Both the position numbers and the translations under genes were made by a program. Positions 1-15,534 of a stretch of 64,000 nucleotides of DNA are shown here, one piece after another. The DNA lies in the NCBI GenBank assembly GCA_951406725.2, contig OX597815.1:31186001-31250000 (forward strand), written 5' to 3'. Positions within the stretch are counted from its first letter, which is position 1; the number at the start of each line of letters is the position of its first letter. The notes below the pieces were generated by a model that saw nothing but the letters and a program-made list of their open reading frames with translations, was not told where the DNA came from and made no database searches. Origin of the DNA: Octopus vulgaris (Eukaryota).

Positions 1-1707
1 ATAGAACTGGATGCGGATATAAATGTTACGGCAAAACGATCAGCCACCTTTTATATATGGATGACCTAAAACTATACGCTGCAAATGACAAACAGCTGGA
101 AACACTATTAAAGACAGTTCATGGATTTACCAAAGAAATAGTTATGAAATTTGGATTAGAAAAATGCGCCAAAGTAACCCTGAAAAGAGGAAAACTAGTT
201 AAGAGTAACAACATCACACTAGATAAAACCAATGAAATAAAAGAATTAGACCAAAGCCAAACTTACAAATACTTAGGAATCCATGAACTAGATAAGACAC
301 AACACACACAAATGAAAGAGAAAATAAAAAAAGAATATTATAGACGAGTTAGATCAATACTAAACACAGAGCTCAATGCTAAAAACAAGATAATAGGTAT
401 CAACACTTTAGCTGTCCCAGTTATAAGTTACAGCTACAATATCCTTAACTGGACACAAAATGAACTGACCAAAATAGATAGGAAAACAAGAAAAATAATG
501 ACAGGATCTAGGATGCATCACCCAAAATCTGACATAGAAAGACTATATATACAACGTATAGAAGGTGGTAGAGGCCTTATACAGCTGGAAAACTACTACA
601 AAATAACCACCATAGGACTGCAAAAATATCTACTTCAGAAGGAAGGAAAACTGATCCATATAGCGGCAAAACACGAGCAAAACAAAAAACTGTTCTCAGT
701 ATTTAAGGAAGCTGACAAATACAAACAAGAAATCATACCACCTAATAAACATGAAGAAGAAGAAGATGAAGAAACAACAAAAGCTATAAAACAAATGAAA
801 TCCAAACTAAAAATAGAACAGCAACGAACCATGATAAAACGATGGCAAGAAAAGCCCCTTCATGGTAAATACTGGACTAAACTAAACGCAAAAGAAATAG
901 ACAAAGAAAAATCCCAGCAATGGTTGAGAAGCTCAGGACTCAAAGCAGAAACAGAGGGATTCTTAATTGCAGCACAAGACCAAAGCCTCCCCACCAGAAA
1001 TTACCAAAAACATGTAATGAAAAGAAATATTACAAGTAACTGCAGAATATGTGGAGATGGACAAGAAACAATAAATCATATTATCTCTAGCTGCCCAGTC
1101 TTGGCTAAGAAGGAATATATTCACAGACATGACAGAGTTGGAACCTACATACATTGGAAGCTATGCCAACATTATGGAATAACAACAGAAAAAAGATGGT
1201 ATAGGCACACACCAGAAAAGGTCACAGAAAACGAGAAAGCAACCATACTCTGGGATATGCCGATACACACAGATAGAGAAATTAAGGCCAACAGACCAGA
1301 TATAGTTGTCAGAGATCATGAAGAAGAAAAATGCTTTCTAATTGATGTATCAATACCGGCTGATGACAACGTGTCTCTAAAAGAAATGGAGAAACTCTCA
1401 AAATACAAAGACCTGGAAATAGAGGTAACTGGAATGTGGAATCTGAAAACAGAAACAATTCCTATCATAGTAGGTGCATTAGGCATGATAAAAAATATTC
1501 AGACAAATACATAACAAAAACACCAGGACTTACAAACACATATAACATACAGAAAATTGCACTACTAGGCACTGCACACATCCTACGCAGAACACTTTCC
1601 ATACAATAACCATCAGAGCATCACAACAAATCACAGCACATACCCAAGGCACACAGAGCTGTGCTCGGTAGTGAAGTGAAAGCACGCTATAAAAATAAAA
1701 CTACTGA
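1..1707 (+). mobile_element. R4/Dong-clade non-LTR retrotransposon, 3' half (RT C-terminus + CCHC + restriction-like endonuclease + 3' UTR), ending in (TAA)n
   Basis: The frame is open from position 3 (RTGCGYKCYGKTISHLLYMDDLKLYA, RT YMDD motif). It then has LKAETEGFLIAAQDQ, zinc knuckle CRICGDGQETINHIISSC, RHD, and RLE motif RPDIV...LIDVSIP...K. A ~100-bp 3' UTR runs into (TAA)n at 1710. TAA targeting is established for Dong elements. Confidence 0.93.
3..1609 (+). pseudogene. RT/RLE ORF of the Dong-like element; 5' end outside window; one frameshift in an A-run near 1490-1495
   Basis: ORF 57-1514 is uninterrupted. Adding one A in the run near 1490 restores the C-terminus GMIKKYSDKYITKTPGLTNTYNIQKIALLGTAHILRRTLSIQ* (TAA 1607-1609), typical of R4/Dong C-termini. 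Confidence 0.85.
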
Positions 1708-1710
1708 ATG

Positions 1711-1780
<70 letters not shown>

Positions 1781-1802
1781 TTACTATTATTGTTGTTGTT
1801 GT

Positions 1803-1836
<34 letters not shown>

Positions 1837-1878
1837 GGCGGTGGTAGTAGTAGTAGTAGTTGTTGTTGTTGTTGTTGC

Positions 1879-1966
<88 letters not shown>

Positions 1967-1990
1967 ATTGTTGTTGTTGTTGCAGTTGTA
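1708..1990. repeat. Compound trinucleotide microsatellite (TAA)n/(GTT)n/(GTA)n/(GGT)n
   Basis: Directly visible. Confidence 0.97.
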
Positions 1991-1992
1991 GT

Positions 1993-2190
1993 AAGGTGGT
2001 GAGCTGGCAGAATCGTTAGCATGCTAGATGAAATGCTTAGCGATAAGTTTTGCCCGTCTGTACGTTCTGGGTTCAAATTGCCTTTCATTCTTTCGGGGTC
2101 GATGAAATAAGTACCAGTAAAACACTGGGATCAATATAATCAACTTGCCCACTCCTCAAAATTTCAAGCCTTGTGCCTTTAATAGCAAGG
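1993..2190 (+). mobile_element. tRNA-derived SINE, family A (~200-220 bp)
   Basis: Head GGTGAGCTGGCAGAATCGTTAGC (A-box-like), GGGTTCAAAT (B-box-like), body GGGGTCGATGAAATAAGTACCAG, (ATT)n tail. More than 10 related copies in the window. Confidence 0.85.
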
Positions 2191-2262
<72 letters not shown>

Positions 2263-2263
2263 G

Positions 2264-2682
2264 AGTGAGAGAGCAGTTCATGCCATCAAAGTAACGCTGG
2301 GGTAAAATATACGAATCGCAGTAATACCCATCATGACTACCCGTCTGATAAGGGTACACTAGGTACATACATCACAACCATATGTGCGCGACGTGGTTAT
2401 CTCATATCAAGATAAACAGCACATGACCTTGCAGCTGGGGCCCACTTAGAATTTTCTTTCGTGGAGTAACCCATCCCGCTCAAAAGGTCCCTGAATAAGT
2501 TCTGTTTATGGATGTTGAACGAAACACCCATGTTTCCAGAGGTGAATTATTCAAACCCAAAAGAATCCCTCTCAACACATAGCTATGATGCTCCCCAACT
2601 ACTTCGGCTCGTGATCAGAGATGCACATATCCTCAGCCACTAAGCAAATCTATGGTATTGAGCAGAATATTTGCTGTAGCCC

Positions 2683-2685
<3 letters not shown>
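2264..2685 (-). mobile_element. Non-coding interspersed repeat B embedded in (TTA)n; probably a 5'-truncated non-LTR 3' UTR
   Basis: Reverse complement of most of 48117-48580. Both copies end ...CTCTCTCACTC followed by AATAAT, and both sit in TAA-type microsatellite. Confidence 0.7.
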
Positions 2686-2741
<56 letters not shown>

Positions 2742-3114
2742 GCAGTAGCAGCTTCTACTCTATTCTAAGTTTGAATATTCTAGCAGCCAGAGACTGTATA
2801 AAACCCATAATTCTTTGTCCACATTGTTTTATGCACGTCATATTGTTGGAGACGGTAACTCGATAAATGTTAGATTAATTCTTTTAGCATATGCAAGCAG
2901 CATTTTCTGCGAAAAATAGCTACATTTAATATTTATGGTAGACTTCAATCTGAAATCTATGCAGCCAAACAAAATTTTAGCGAAAGGTTTCGTGGAAAAG
3001 ACAGATATTTAATAATTTTGTGTTATTTCAGAACTGAACACGTAATAAGAATAATGTTTCCATCTGTTGAATTTAGATAAATGAATGTTAACTGCAAACG
3101 ACTGCATGGTTATA

Positions 3115-5760
<2,646 letters not shown>

Positions 5761-5889
5761 TGCCTATATGAGCTGTCTATGAATATCTAATGTGGTGTAC
5801 GTGTCCTAAGCCTATGTGACCTTAAGTAATGTGGAGCTGAGTCAAAACGTTATTAAATATTTTGTCGAAATATATATATATATAATAAA

Positions 5890-6200
5890 TCTCTGAGCGA
5901 GGTATAAACAGTAGCTGCAACACATTGTGAAGTATTTTTGCTACTTAGATGTGGCTAACCCCTAAGGGTGGATGCGACTGTAGCTTGTAGCCCCAGAAGG
6001 ACACCTCCTCCAGCTGGCTATTGACACACTTTCTGTGCCCTATCAGTATTTGCAAAGGGAAGCCATCCTTCTTGTCTTCAACCTATGATACACACGGACT
6101 CGAGTCTCTGGATATTGACCCGTCATCAGCGTGTGAAAACTTTAAATTTGAATCAAACTGTTTTGCTCCATACATGTAAACCCCAATAAATGTGTTGAGT
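5890..6200 (-). mobile_element. HHR-bearing Penelope-like/retrozyme-like fragment related to the 52-53 kb element
   Basis: Shares the TGGCTA...GGGTG...ACTGTAGC..TAGCCCCAG...GACAC...GTGCCC motif with 52465-52575 and carries an HHR on the minus strand. Confidence 0.6.
6091..6135 (-). ncRNA. Type I hammerhead ribozyme motif with one core substitution
   Basis: Minus strand reads CACACG-CUGAUGA-CGGGUCAAUAUCCA-GAGACUCGAGUC-CGUGUG: 6-bp stem I, palindromic stem III (ACUCGAGU), GUC site. GAGA replaces GAAA. Confidence 0.65.
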
Positions 6201-6294
6201 GCCCTTCTTTCGTTTGTTCACTCACTTGTAAACACACACATACACACACGTACATACATACATACACACACACGCACGCATACACACACATATA

Positions 6295-7762
6295 CACGAG
6301 GGTCGGCTGAAAAGATCATAGGCTGACCAAGACATTCTTAGAGAATGTGACCAAATGAGGTTTATATTTCAACATAGTCCCCCTTGCGGTCCACATACTT
6401 CTTTCATCAGTGTTCCAGTGCTTGCATCTCATTGGGGAAGGAATTTTCATTTTGTTGGTCAAACAAGTTATCAATAGCTAATAGGAACTGATCACCATTG
6501 CGATACTAGTTTCCAGTTAAGTGTTCTTTCATGTTGAGGAAGAGGTGATAATCAGATGGCGCCAAGTCAGGACAATAGGGAAGATGATCAACAAGTTTAA
6601 AGACAGTCATGAACAGTCGCTATCGAAAGCAAGGGCTTATGTACTGGAGCATTGCCCTGATGAAATAAGACACGCTCCCTCATTTTCTCTAGGCGTTTGG
6701 TTTTGATAGGCTTTTGTAACTGTTTCATCAAGCTAACATAGTACTATCCATTGATGATGTCTCTCTTTTGAAAATAGTAAATAAATACAAAACCTTTTGC
6801 ATTCCAAAGAACTGAGGTGATCGCCTGGAAGCACTCCGTCGGTTCCGACGACGAGGGTTCCGGTTGATCCGATCAACGGAACAGCCTGCTCGTGAAATTA
6901 ACGTGTAAGTGGCTGAGCACTCCACAGACACGTGTACCCTTAACGTAGTTCTCGGGGATATTCAGCGTGACACAGAGAGTGACAAGGCCGGCCCTTTGAA
7001 ATACAGGTACAACAGAAACAGGAAGAAAGAGTGAGAGAAAGTTGTGGTGAAAGAGTACAGCATGGATCACCACCATCCCCTGCCGGAGCCTCGTGGAGAT
7101 TTAGGTGTTTTCGCTCAATAAACACTCACAACGTCCGGTCTGGGAATCGAAACCGCGATCCTACGACCGCGAGTCCGCTGCCCTAACCACTGGGCCATTG
7201 CGCCTCCACATCGCCTACCCTGCAGATGAAACGACTTTGGCTTTCGTTGGAGCAGATAAAGAGAGGTGTTTCCACTGCAATGATTATCTCTTTGTGATAA
7301 AGCCAACGCTCATCCAGGCTTCTCAAACGTTCAACGTCATGAAACCAGCGCTCATCCATGCTTACCAAACGTTCAAGGAAACCAAATGGATCTACCTCAA
7401 ACAATGCCAGATCTTCCTGTGATGTGATCAACCTGGTGCATTTTTGATCAGGTGTCAGAAGATATGATGCCCATCGAGCAGTGGCTTTCGGCATGCCAAG
7501 TTCAATGTGCAGAATATGCCTAACTCCCTCACGAGATATGCTAATAGCATTGGCTATTTAATTTATAGTGAGTCGCCTGTCATCCCCCTGCATGTGAACA
7601 CGATCAATGTCTTTTTCGGTAGCGGCAGTTGCAGGAGTCCAGACATTAGGTCATCCTCAAGCCTCTCCCTTCCTTTGCAAAATTCAGTTGCTCACTTTTG
7701 CACTGTTGATAAAGTTGGAGCGTCGTCCTCTAATGTAGCAAGCATATCAGTAGGAATGTCCT
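6295..7762 (-). mobile_element. Mariner (Himar1/irritans-like) transposon, degenerate, 5'-truncated, interrupted by a SINE
   Basis: TIR CACGAGGGTCGGCTGAAAAG after TA. Minus-strand remnants ARWASYLLTPDQK (WVPRLL-like), LVSMDERWFH (first catalytic D), SAG*AITSVLWNA and DYVEI*. Same family as 39860-41106. Confidence 0.88.
6827..7209 (-). mobile_element. tRNA-derived SINE, family E, full length with 7-bp TSD
   Basis: Head GGAGGCGCAATGGCCCAGTGGTTAGGGCAGCGGACTCGCGG...GGTTTCGATTCCC (Pol III A/B boxes). ATCGCCT is duplicated at 6820-6826 and 7210-7216. Confidence 0.9.
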
Positions 7763-8763
7763 CACACGTGTGCACTCACACACGCAAACAGATACAATAT
7801 ATACATATTTCCAGTACTTTTGCAAACCTCGCATACTCCAGATAATTTTCTTGCTGACTCTTATGGTACACAAACTCCAATTTGAGAACATCTGATTAAC
7901 CTCCATCTCATTATTGTGCATGCCTCGTTCGAAGGTATGCACAAGCTAAGAGTTCTGTCCCTCCATATCAACCAAAAAAATTCATTTACCTAAAACTCCA
8001 AAATAATACATTATGTTAAAAACGAAAACAAGACGAACTAAATTAATATTGAAATATTATTTTAAAATTCGGAATCATATCCTTTTCAATTCTTACTTTC
8101 ATAATATGATTTATTTATCTCCGAATTTTTCATGGGAAACTTTCACATGTTAATCTTTTCAAATCCGCATACAGAATACTAGAAATTTTATTTTTCCAAA
8201 GATTACTTTCTGATATAGTATATTTTGTGTCTACAGGAAGAACATTATCTTACAATAATATTCGATATAACTGGCAGACTAGCATCAAATGGCATCTTGT
8301 AGAAAGACAAAAAGCATTTTCTCTATATCATTTCACAGACAATCTTATTTGAATACACCTAGATATAAAACCCGAACTTCTAAGCTTATAGCCGGCCTTC
8401 GGATTTTACTTTTAATTTAATTTAAGATATATACACTCTCGCTTTATTTCTTAAAATACACGTAAGAAATAATATATATTGCTTATAGCAGTAGCGCGTG
8501 GGACATTAAAACATTTCTTTCGTTTTAGACAATTGTTTTATATTTGTACATAAAAATCACTAGACCTAACTGTGCTACTATGGCAACTTGGTTATATTTG
8601 CATACTTACCTCATCGGCTTTGTGTTTGTATCTTACATATATGGAAATGTTTACGTATTGGGAAAAGTTGGTGAAGTTGGTACAATAAAAGGTTTAAGAG
8701 TCATTTAATAGGAAATAAGTAGTATATATATATACATATGTATATATATATATATATGTATAG

Positions 8764-8843
<80 letters not shown>

Positions 8844-9007
8844 GTATATATATATACATATGTATATATATATATATATATAACACATATAGATATACAT
8901 ATTATATATATATACATATGTATATATATATATATATATACACATATATATATATATATACATATATATCTATATATACATACATATATATCTATATCTA
9001 TATATAC

Positions 9008-9044
<37 letters not shown>

Positions 9045-9045
<1 letters not shown>

Positions 9046-9265
9046 GTCCGAGTCAGACGCCATGATAGCTCGTTAGCCACTACACACATTTTTTTCTCTC
9101 CTTGTTTCTCTCCTTGTTTTCTCTGTGTACCTTTCTGTAGAAGAGCGTAAGCTCGAAACGTAAAAGACTTTTTTCTATTCCAGAGCGTTATACTAATACA
9201 TCTCGTTTGTTTTGTACACCATCTGCCTTCGTCTTTTGTTTATTTTCATAAACTTTCCCTTTATA
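9045..9265 (+). mobile_element. Penelope-like pLTR fragment with minimal HHR motif, in (TA)n
   Basis: 9131-9166 reads CUUU-CUGUAGA-AGAGCGUAAGCUC-GAAACGUA-AAAG. A second copy of the same family lies at 26532-26712. Confidence 0.65.
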
Positions 9266-9342
9266 TTCATATATATACATATAAGGTTTCAAAATGGCTG
9301 AGGGTAAGCATCCCCAAGGAATTTGAACCAAACTGTTTGATC

Positions 9343-9426
<84 letters not shown>

Positions 9427-9589
9427 GATGGTTGATTTTATATATTATACGAACAGTGAACGTTAATTGAAAGATCAGTCATTATTTTTCAGGAAAGTAT
9501 CGGATTTATTGTATTTTTAGAAACAAATAATTGACAGTGACTTCGAAGTTCCATCTTTGTAACATTTGAAATAATTTTCAACCCTTCCA

Positions 9590-9995
9590 AGCCTAGCTGT
9601 GTTGTAAGAAGTTTGCTTCCCAGTCACGTGTGTCAGTTCAGTCCCACTGAGGGTCACCTTGGACAAGTATCTTCGGCTATTGTCCTGGGCTAACCAAAGC
9701 CTTGTGAGTGGATTTGGTAAAGGGAAACTGAAAAAAGCCTCTCGCGTATATGTGCGCCTGTGTGTGTTTGTGTGTGTATGACTCTGTGTGTGTGTGTGTC
9801 TTTGTGTGTGTGTCTTTGTCCCCCGCCATTGCTTGACAACTGGTGCTGGTTTGTTTACGTCCGCGTTACTTCGCATTTCAGCGAAAAAGAAAAAAGAAAA
9901 AGAATATGTACTGAAGTTGATTCATTCCGCTAAAGCTCTTCACGGTGTTACCTCAGCAGGATCGCAGTTCGATAACTGAAACAAGTAAAAGGTGA
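9590..9995 (+). mobile_element. tRNA-derived SINE, family C (~400 bp, internal TG tract)
   Basis: GTTCAGTCCCACTG...TTGGACAAGT...GTGAGTGGATTTGGTA...CTGAAACAAGTAAAAG; homologous to 31858-32257. Confidence 0.82.
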
Positions 9996-10018
9996 AAGAT
10001 ATGTACACATTTATTTGT

Positions 10019-10063
<45 letters not shown>

Positions 10064-11719
10064 CGTGTGCGTGTGTGTGCATGTATTCGGGCGGAGACTT
10101 CTATCTTACCTTGGTCCTCAACTCTCAGTCGTAAATGACTGGTCGTTATATTTTATTCATTTATAAAGACGACGGAGCCTAACCTTCTCTACATTAGATC
10201 ACAGCCAATATCAGAGAGAGAGAGAGAGAAGGGGATAGAGAGAGATAGAGACGAATTCTAGAAAGAAAGAAAGAAAGAAAGAAAGAATGAAAGAAAGAAA
10301 GAAAGAAAGGGAGAGTGTGAGACAAGAGGAACCAGCCAAGAACCTCGAAAGGGTGAAGGGCAAAGTTGACATCGACGGAATTTGAGTAAAGAGCCGTGAC
10401 GAATACTGTAAATTATAAATTGCATGTTTTTGTTTTTTTTTGTTTGCTTGTCTGTTTTTAACAAAATAAAAGCTCTTACATTTTGGAAGGGAAACAAATG
10501 AATTGTGAATTTTAGTCCTTTTCTATACGCATTTGTAACATGTGAAGTGGCCTCGACCGATAATCGAAGCACCAGCGTGGATCCGAAATTGTTCCGTGTA
10601 TATATTTTTATCTACAGACCTTAGCCAATGATATAAATCTGTCTTTATCGATTTCGTTTACAAGACACTAAACCATGTGTTAGCCAATACATATTTGTGA
10701 AATACTTTACTCTTGAGAAACCATTAATAATCCTACAAATTCTTTCTAATTCAGATCTTCAAACTAAAGGAATTCTGACAGAAATTTTCATGGAAAATCA
10801 TAATACGGACAAGACTTAACTAGGTTTAAATATAATTGATCACTGAATAAATGCTTTTCCCAATATTTCGCTTCTATAATGGTTAACTTTTGTTCATGGC
10901 ATGGTTTTCTTTCTTTTCGTCCATAAACTTTGTTAAAACAGTTAATCCGTCCTCAAATCTCAAATATCCACATGGTAAGGTCTTGAACGCTGAGTAGACA
11001 AGACAAATATATCCCGCCAGACAAGAAGCTTTTGTATCGCAGAAAAGTCTAATAGATATTCATGAAGCTCAGAAACTCTATAACACACTTGCAGTGGAGA
11101 GGAATTGACTGCTTTTGAATTACAATTAGAATACCGCATCAATTTTGGTGTTGTGTTACAGAAAATAACAATTGAGCTTGCAAGAATCATAATTGAAAAC
11201 TTGAAGATGTTTAATTTGAGACTTAATGAGCCATAAATTAAATATTAAACCAATCAGAAGCAGAACCATCTCGGTCTTTTCTCCTTTGTCAACATATATA
11301 AGGTGTATCCGATGTCTGCCCATAATAAAGCGGAAATTTAATTCTATTCATAACAGCCCACCTGAGAGCGCCTCTGATTTTATGATGTAATCTATTCGCT
11401 TTAAAATTACCTTAATTAAAACATTCCATCAAAATTTCCTGTTAATTTATGCTGCAAACACCACCTGTCTAATGACAAATGTATTTTACTAAATTTTTTA
11501 TTCTTTCCGAAATTAATGGAAACAAAATTTATGTATTTCAACTGATATGTAATAACAAAAGATTAAATCAGCGCACCAGCCAATCAGCTTAGCGTGCTGA
11601 CGTCGATGTGTTATGTGTTATGTATGTGTGAATTTGACCTTCGTTTTAATAACTACCCGTTGCAACAATTAGCCATCTCTCTACATAGACTTTTATGAAT
11701 GTTTAACTGAACAACGAAC

Positions 11720-12380
11720 TATTTGGAAGAGCAAAGTATTTGTGAGAAATTCTGTTGTTAATTGGAACCACATTTACGGAGGCTTTTCTCAATGCTTCAG
11801 CAAGTAGAGGATTCTTTCAGCCATACATTAAGTGATACCGGCATTTTAAATGGAGAACATTAACAGAAAACTAGGTCAATGGACGATGATTTGATTCAGA
11901 AAATGCATGCTGAGATCAGAGAGAACCGTTGATTGATTTTTAGAAGTTCCTGAAGAAATAAATATTTGCAAAAGAGTTATTCCAAGTGATTTCAAAAGAA
12001 AACTTTTAGATGTCTAGACATCGGATAAATGAACAAAAGGCGAAGCGATCCACAGTCAGTCGGGAACTGTTTGTTCGTTCGAAGGTTAACGTAAACTTTC
12101 TGAAAAATGCCATGACCGGTGATGATAGATCGGTGACAAGAGACATGTGACAACCACTCAAAAGTGAAAATTATAGTGTCTATTTTTCTTATTATATTCT
12201 AAAAGTCGCTCACTATAAATTTATTCAAATGCATCGGGACTTCTACTTGGATATCCATCTGAGTGTGATAAGCAGTGTGACTCTGGCTGAGGCATAGTCA
12301 AACAAAATCAGGATACTGCACCAATGCAGCACAACTTTTCATAAATAACTTTGGACTCGTTATCTTTTAGTAAAGCACGC
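11720..12380 (+). mobile_element. Highly decayed mariner-like transposase remnant (different family)
   Basis: Fragmentary translation resembles IRENR.L...EE..I, a TGD(E) motif (ATGACCGGTGATGATAGAT) and a ILHQ.NA-like segment; many frameshifts. Confidence 0.5.
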
Positions 12381-12444
12381 GACTTGTATACATAGTGCAT
12401 GCATTTAGGAATACATACATGCATACGCACGTGAGTATATATAT

Positions 12445-12725
12445 ATTCTTTTATTGCCTTCAGTCTTTTGAATGGTGCCATGCTGGATCACCACCTTAAA
12501 GGCTTCTTAGCCGAAGAAATCGACCCCAGGACTTATTTTTTGTGACCTAGTACTTATTCTATCGGTTTCTGTGCCGAATCGCTAGGCTAACTGAACGTAA
12601 ACACACCAACACTGGTCGCCAAGCGGTGATGGAGGACCAAGCACAAAGACACACACAAATATATACACACATGTATATGCAGCGGGCTTCTTTCAGTTTC
12701 TGTCTACCAAATCCCTCACAAGACT
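12445..12725 (-). mobile_element. SINE family C, 3' part
   Basis: Reverse complement of the family C body and tail (GGGCTTCTTTCAGTTTCTGTCTACCAAATCCCTCACAAG). Confidence 0.78.
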
Positions 12726-12759
12726 TTATAGATGGATAGATAGATAGATAGATACTTGG

Positions 12760-13345
12760 AATTGTATGGTGGGTTATACCATATAATTTCCCCTTTACTT
12801 TTCTTATATCTTGGGATGTTTTGTGGTGATGTGTCTGATTTTTCTTTGAAATTGCTTAATTTCAGGCATTGTTGCAAGTGTGCATTCGCATTGAAAAATG
12901 CTTACTTCCTAATGTGGAAGTTGGTTGCGCTTGAGGTAGATTTCTTTGATGATGAGGTAAGGGTGACTGATGATGCGTTTTTGTATTGAGTTTTTTCGTT
13001 ATGCTTCTAGTGGTTGAGGTTTAACATGACATCCAAGAAATTCGAATCTGTAGCGATATTCATGTGCATTTTCACACTATGATATTTCAGTACAGACGGC
13101 AAGTTTTTCCGTGCTCTTCACCGCCTTAAGCTTCTATACTAGAGTCGAATGATTCAGCGGAGTTTTTCTTAATCCACGAGCTTCCATCATATGATAGTAG
13201 AGATTATCTGTCTTATAGAATGATAGGTATAGTAATGAAATATTGGTGAACAAATTAGCGCGTGGGATTGCATTCATAGGGAGTTCCTTTGAGATCGATA
13301 GGTAGTAGTTGTCGATCTCGAACTGAACGAATGAATACATATTTC
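12760..13345 (-). mobile_element. Penelope-like reverse transcriptase remnant
   Basis: Minus-strand SFVQFEIDNYYLSISKEL (cf. FDI..FYPSI) and NFLDVMLNL motifs typical of PLE RT; heavily mutated. Confidence 0.55.
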
Positions 13346-14289
13346 TTTTATTTATCTAAAGCATTTGATGACAACGTAGCATTTTGATTCATTAGATACA
13401 AAACGAAAACGAAGTACCAAGCCTGTTGTGCTAACAACAGAGAAGATAACATAGTTATTGTTACTGTCGTTATTAGCTATTCACAATAAAATTTATAATA
13501 AATGTGTTGCCCTAATCTAATGAGTACTCTTTTCTCAAATCTTCACAATATATATGTGAGTTGTAAAACATTATAAAATAATGACAAAGAATGCTACAAT
13601 CGTATTTATAACTTATGGATATTCAAAATTAGAATTATTCCAGTTGAAAGCAAACTAAATACGTTAGCCGGACGATATTCCCAATGTTCCTATTTTCAGG
13701 AATATTAATTGGCAAAAACCCAACAATTATAGTATTGAGGGCGATGGATGGTGCTGGTAGTTGCGGTGTTAGTCGTGGTTGTGGTGACAGTGGAGATAGC
13801 GATAGCGTTGGAGAAGATACAGATGATGGCAGCGTGTTGGCAATAGCTATGACGATAATTAAAAGGTTTGAATTTCTCAATATAAATACGTTGAGTTTGT
13901 TTACAAAGGCTTAGACAGAAGCTTTCAAATACAATTGTAGAGAAATGTTCAAAAGCTGCGTTATAGATTTAACTTTCAGAAACTTCTATTAATTATCTGC
14001 TAAGTAATTTGTGGATATATTTCATCGAGAGAAAGGCTAATTGAGTTTAAGACATCCTCTTGCTTGTGTACATTCTTCATTTGTAGAGAAAGAGAAAACT
14101 TAGACGTTCGCCGTGTTAAAGACGCGTTCGTTTAATTTGATGAAAACTTACTACAGGCATGTTTGTGTATACATGTTTATCCTGACACTCGTGCACACAA
14201 AGATTTTACACATACGTATATTGTTGCATATATGTGCGTTGAAGTATAGATATGACAATCAGAGAGTGTGCTAGTGGGAACGTATGTGC

Positions 14290-14342
<53 letters not shown>

Positions 14343-14600
14343 TTATTATGTATGTATGTATGTATGTATGTATGTATGTATGTATGTATATGTATGTATG
14401 TATATAGAGAGAGCGAGATGCTTGTAAGTATATACATACTTAGATACATACATATATATGTGTGTGTATATACATATATATATAAATATATATATATTTA
14501 TATATATACATATATACAAACATACATATATATGTGTGTGTGTATGTATATATATATACATACATACATACATGCATACATACATATGCATATATAAAGG

Positions 14601-14654
<54 letters not shown>

Positions 14655-15202
14655 GTTACATATATACATACGTGCATATATATATAGACCTATATGCGTG
14701 TATATATGCGTATGTACGCATGTTTATATGTATATATATATATATATCATATATCGTTATGTATACATATCAAGAGTGGTGACGACTTAATTAGTGCAAG
14801 CCAACAGAGAAATGATATTAGATAAAATAAACAGTAAAAGTATAAAAGAAAAATGTGGGAAGGGGCGGGTGAAGCATCCATATATACGTACACGTACACA
14901 TAGACATACATGCGTACATATTTACATGCTTACATCATAAGGACAAAGATGTGGAGGAGAGAACAGGCATGCTTAGGAAATTAGCAAACGAGAACAAGAA
15001 CAAGAAGAATAACAAAAATAACACAAACAACAAAGCGACAGCAACAAGAGTTATGATGATGATGGTGGTGATTGTGGCGGCGGTGATTATGAGGAGGAGG
15101 ACGGAGAAGAGAGGGAGGAGGAGGGGGAAGAGGATGATGAAGATGATGATGATGATATTAAAAAAAAGCAACAATATTCATAATGATAATTATGATAATA
15201 GT

Positions 15203-15403
15203 GATTGCAAATTTTGGCACACGACTAGCAATTTTAGAGAGACTTGGGGAGTTAAATCCATTTGACTCCAGTGCACAACTGGCACTTTTTTTTTACCGAC
15301 TGTGAAAAGAAAGCTAAAGCTGGCCTCAGAACATTAAGAGTCGACAGAAATGCCACAGAGAATTTTGTCCGACGCACTTATTATTCTACCAAATCGTCAG
15401 CTT
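15203..15403 (-). mobile_element. SINE family A, diverged
   Basis: Reverse complement similarity to 55528-55745. Confidence 0.65.
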
Positions 15404-15489
15404 CAACAAATAAAATTGCGGACTGGATTCTAAACCTTAAGAGTATTGTCCATTAGAGTCCAGCGACTTAACGACTGGCTCATAGTAAC

Positions 15490-15531
<42 letters not shown>

Positions 15532-15534
15532 GTC

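Noticed and set aside
7130-7209. tRNA gene-like sequence
   Set aside because: A and B boxes are present, but there is no acceptor-stem closure or terminator; it continues into a SINE body bounded by a TSD.
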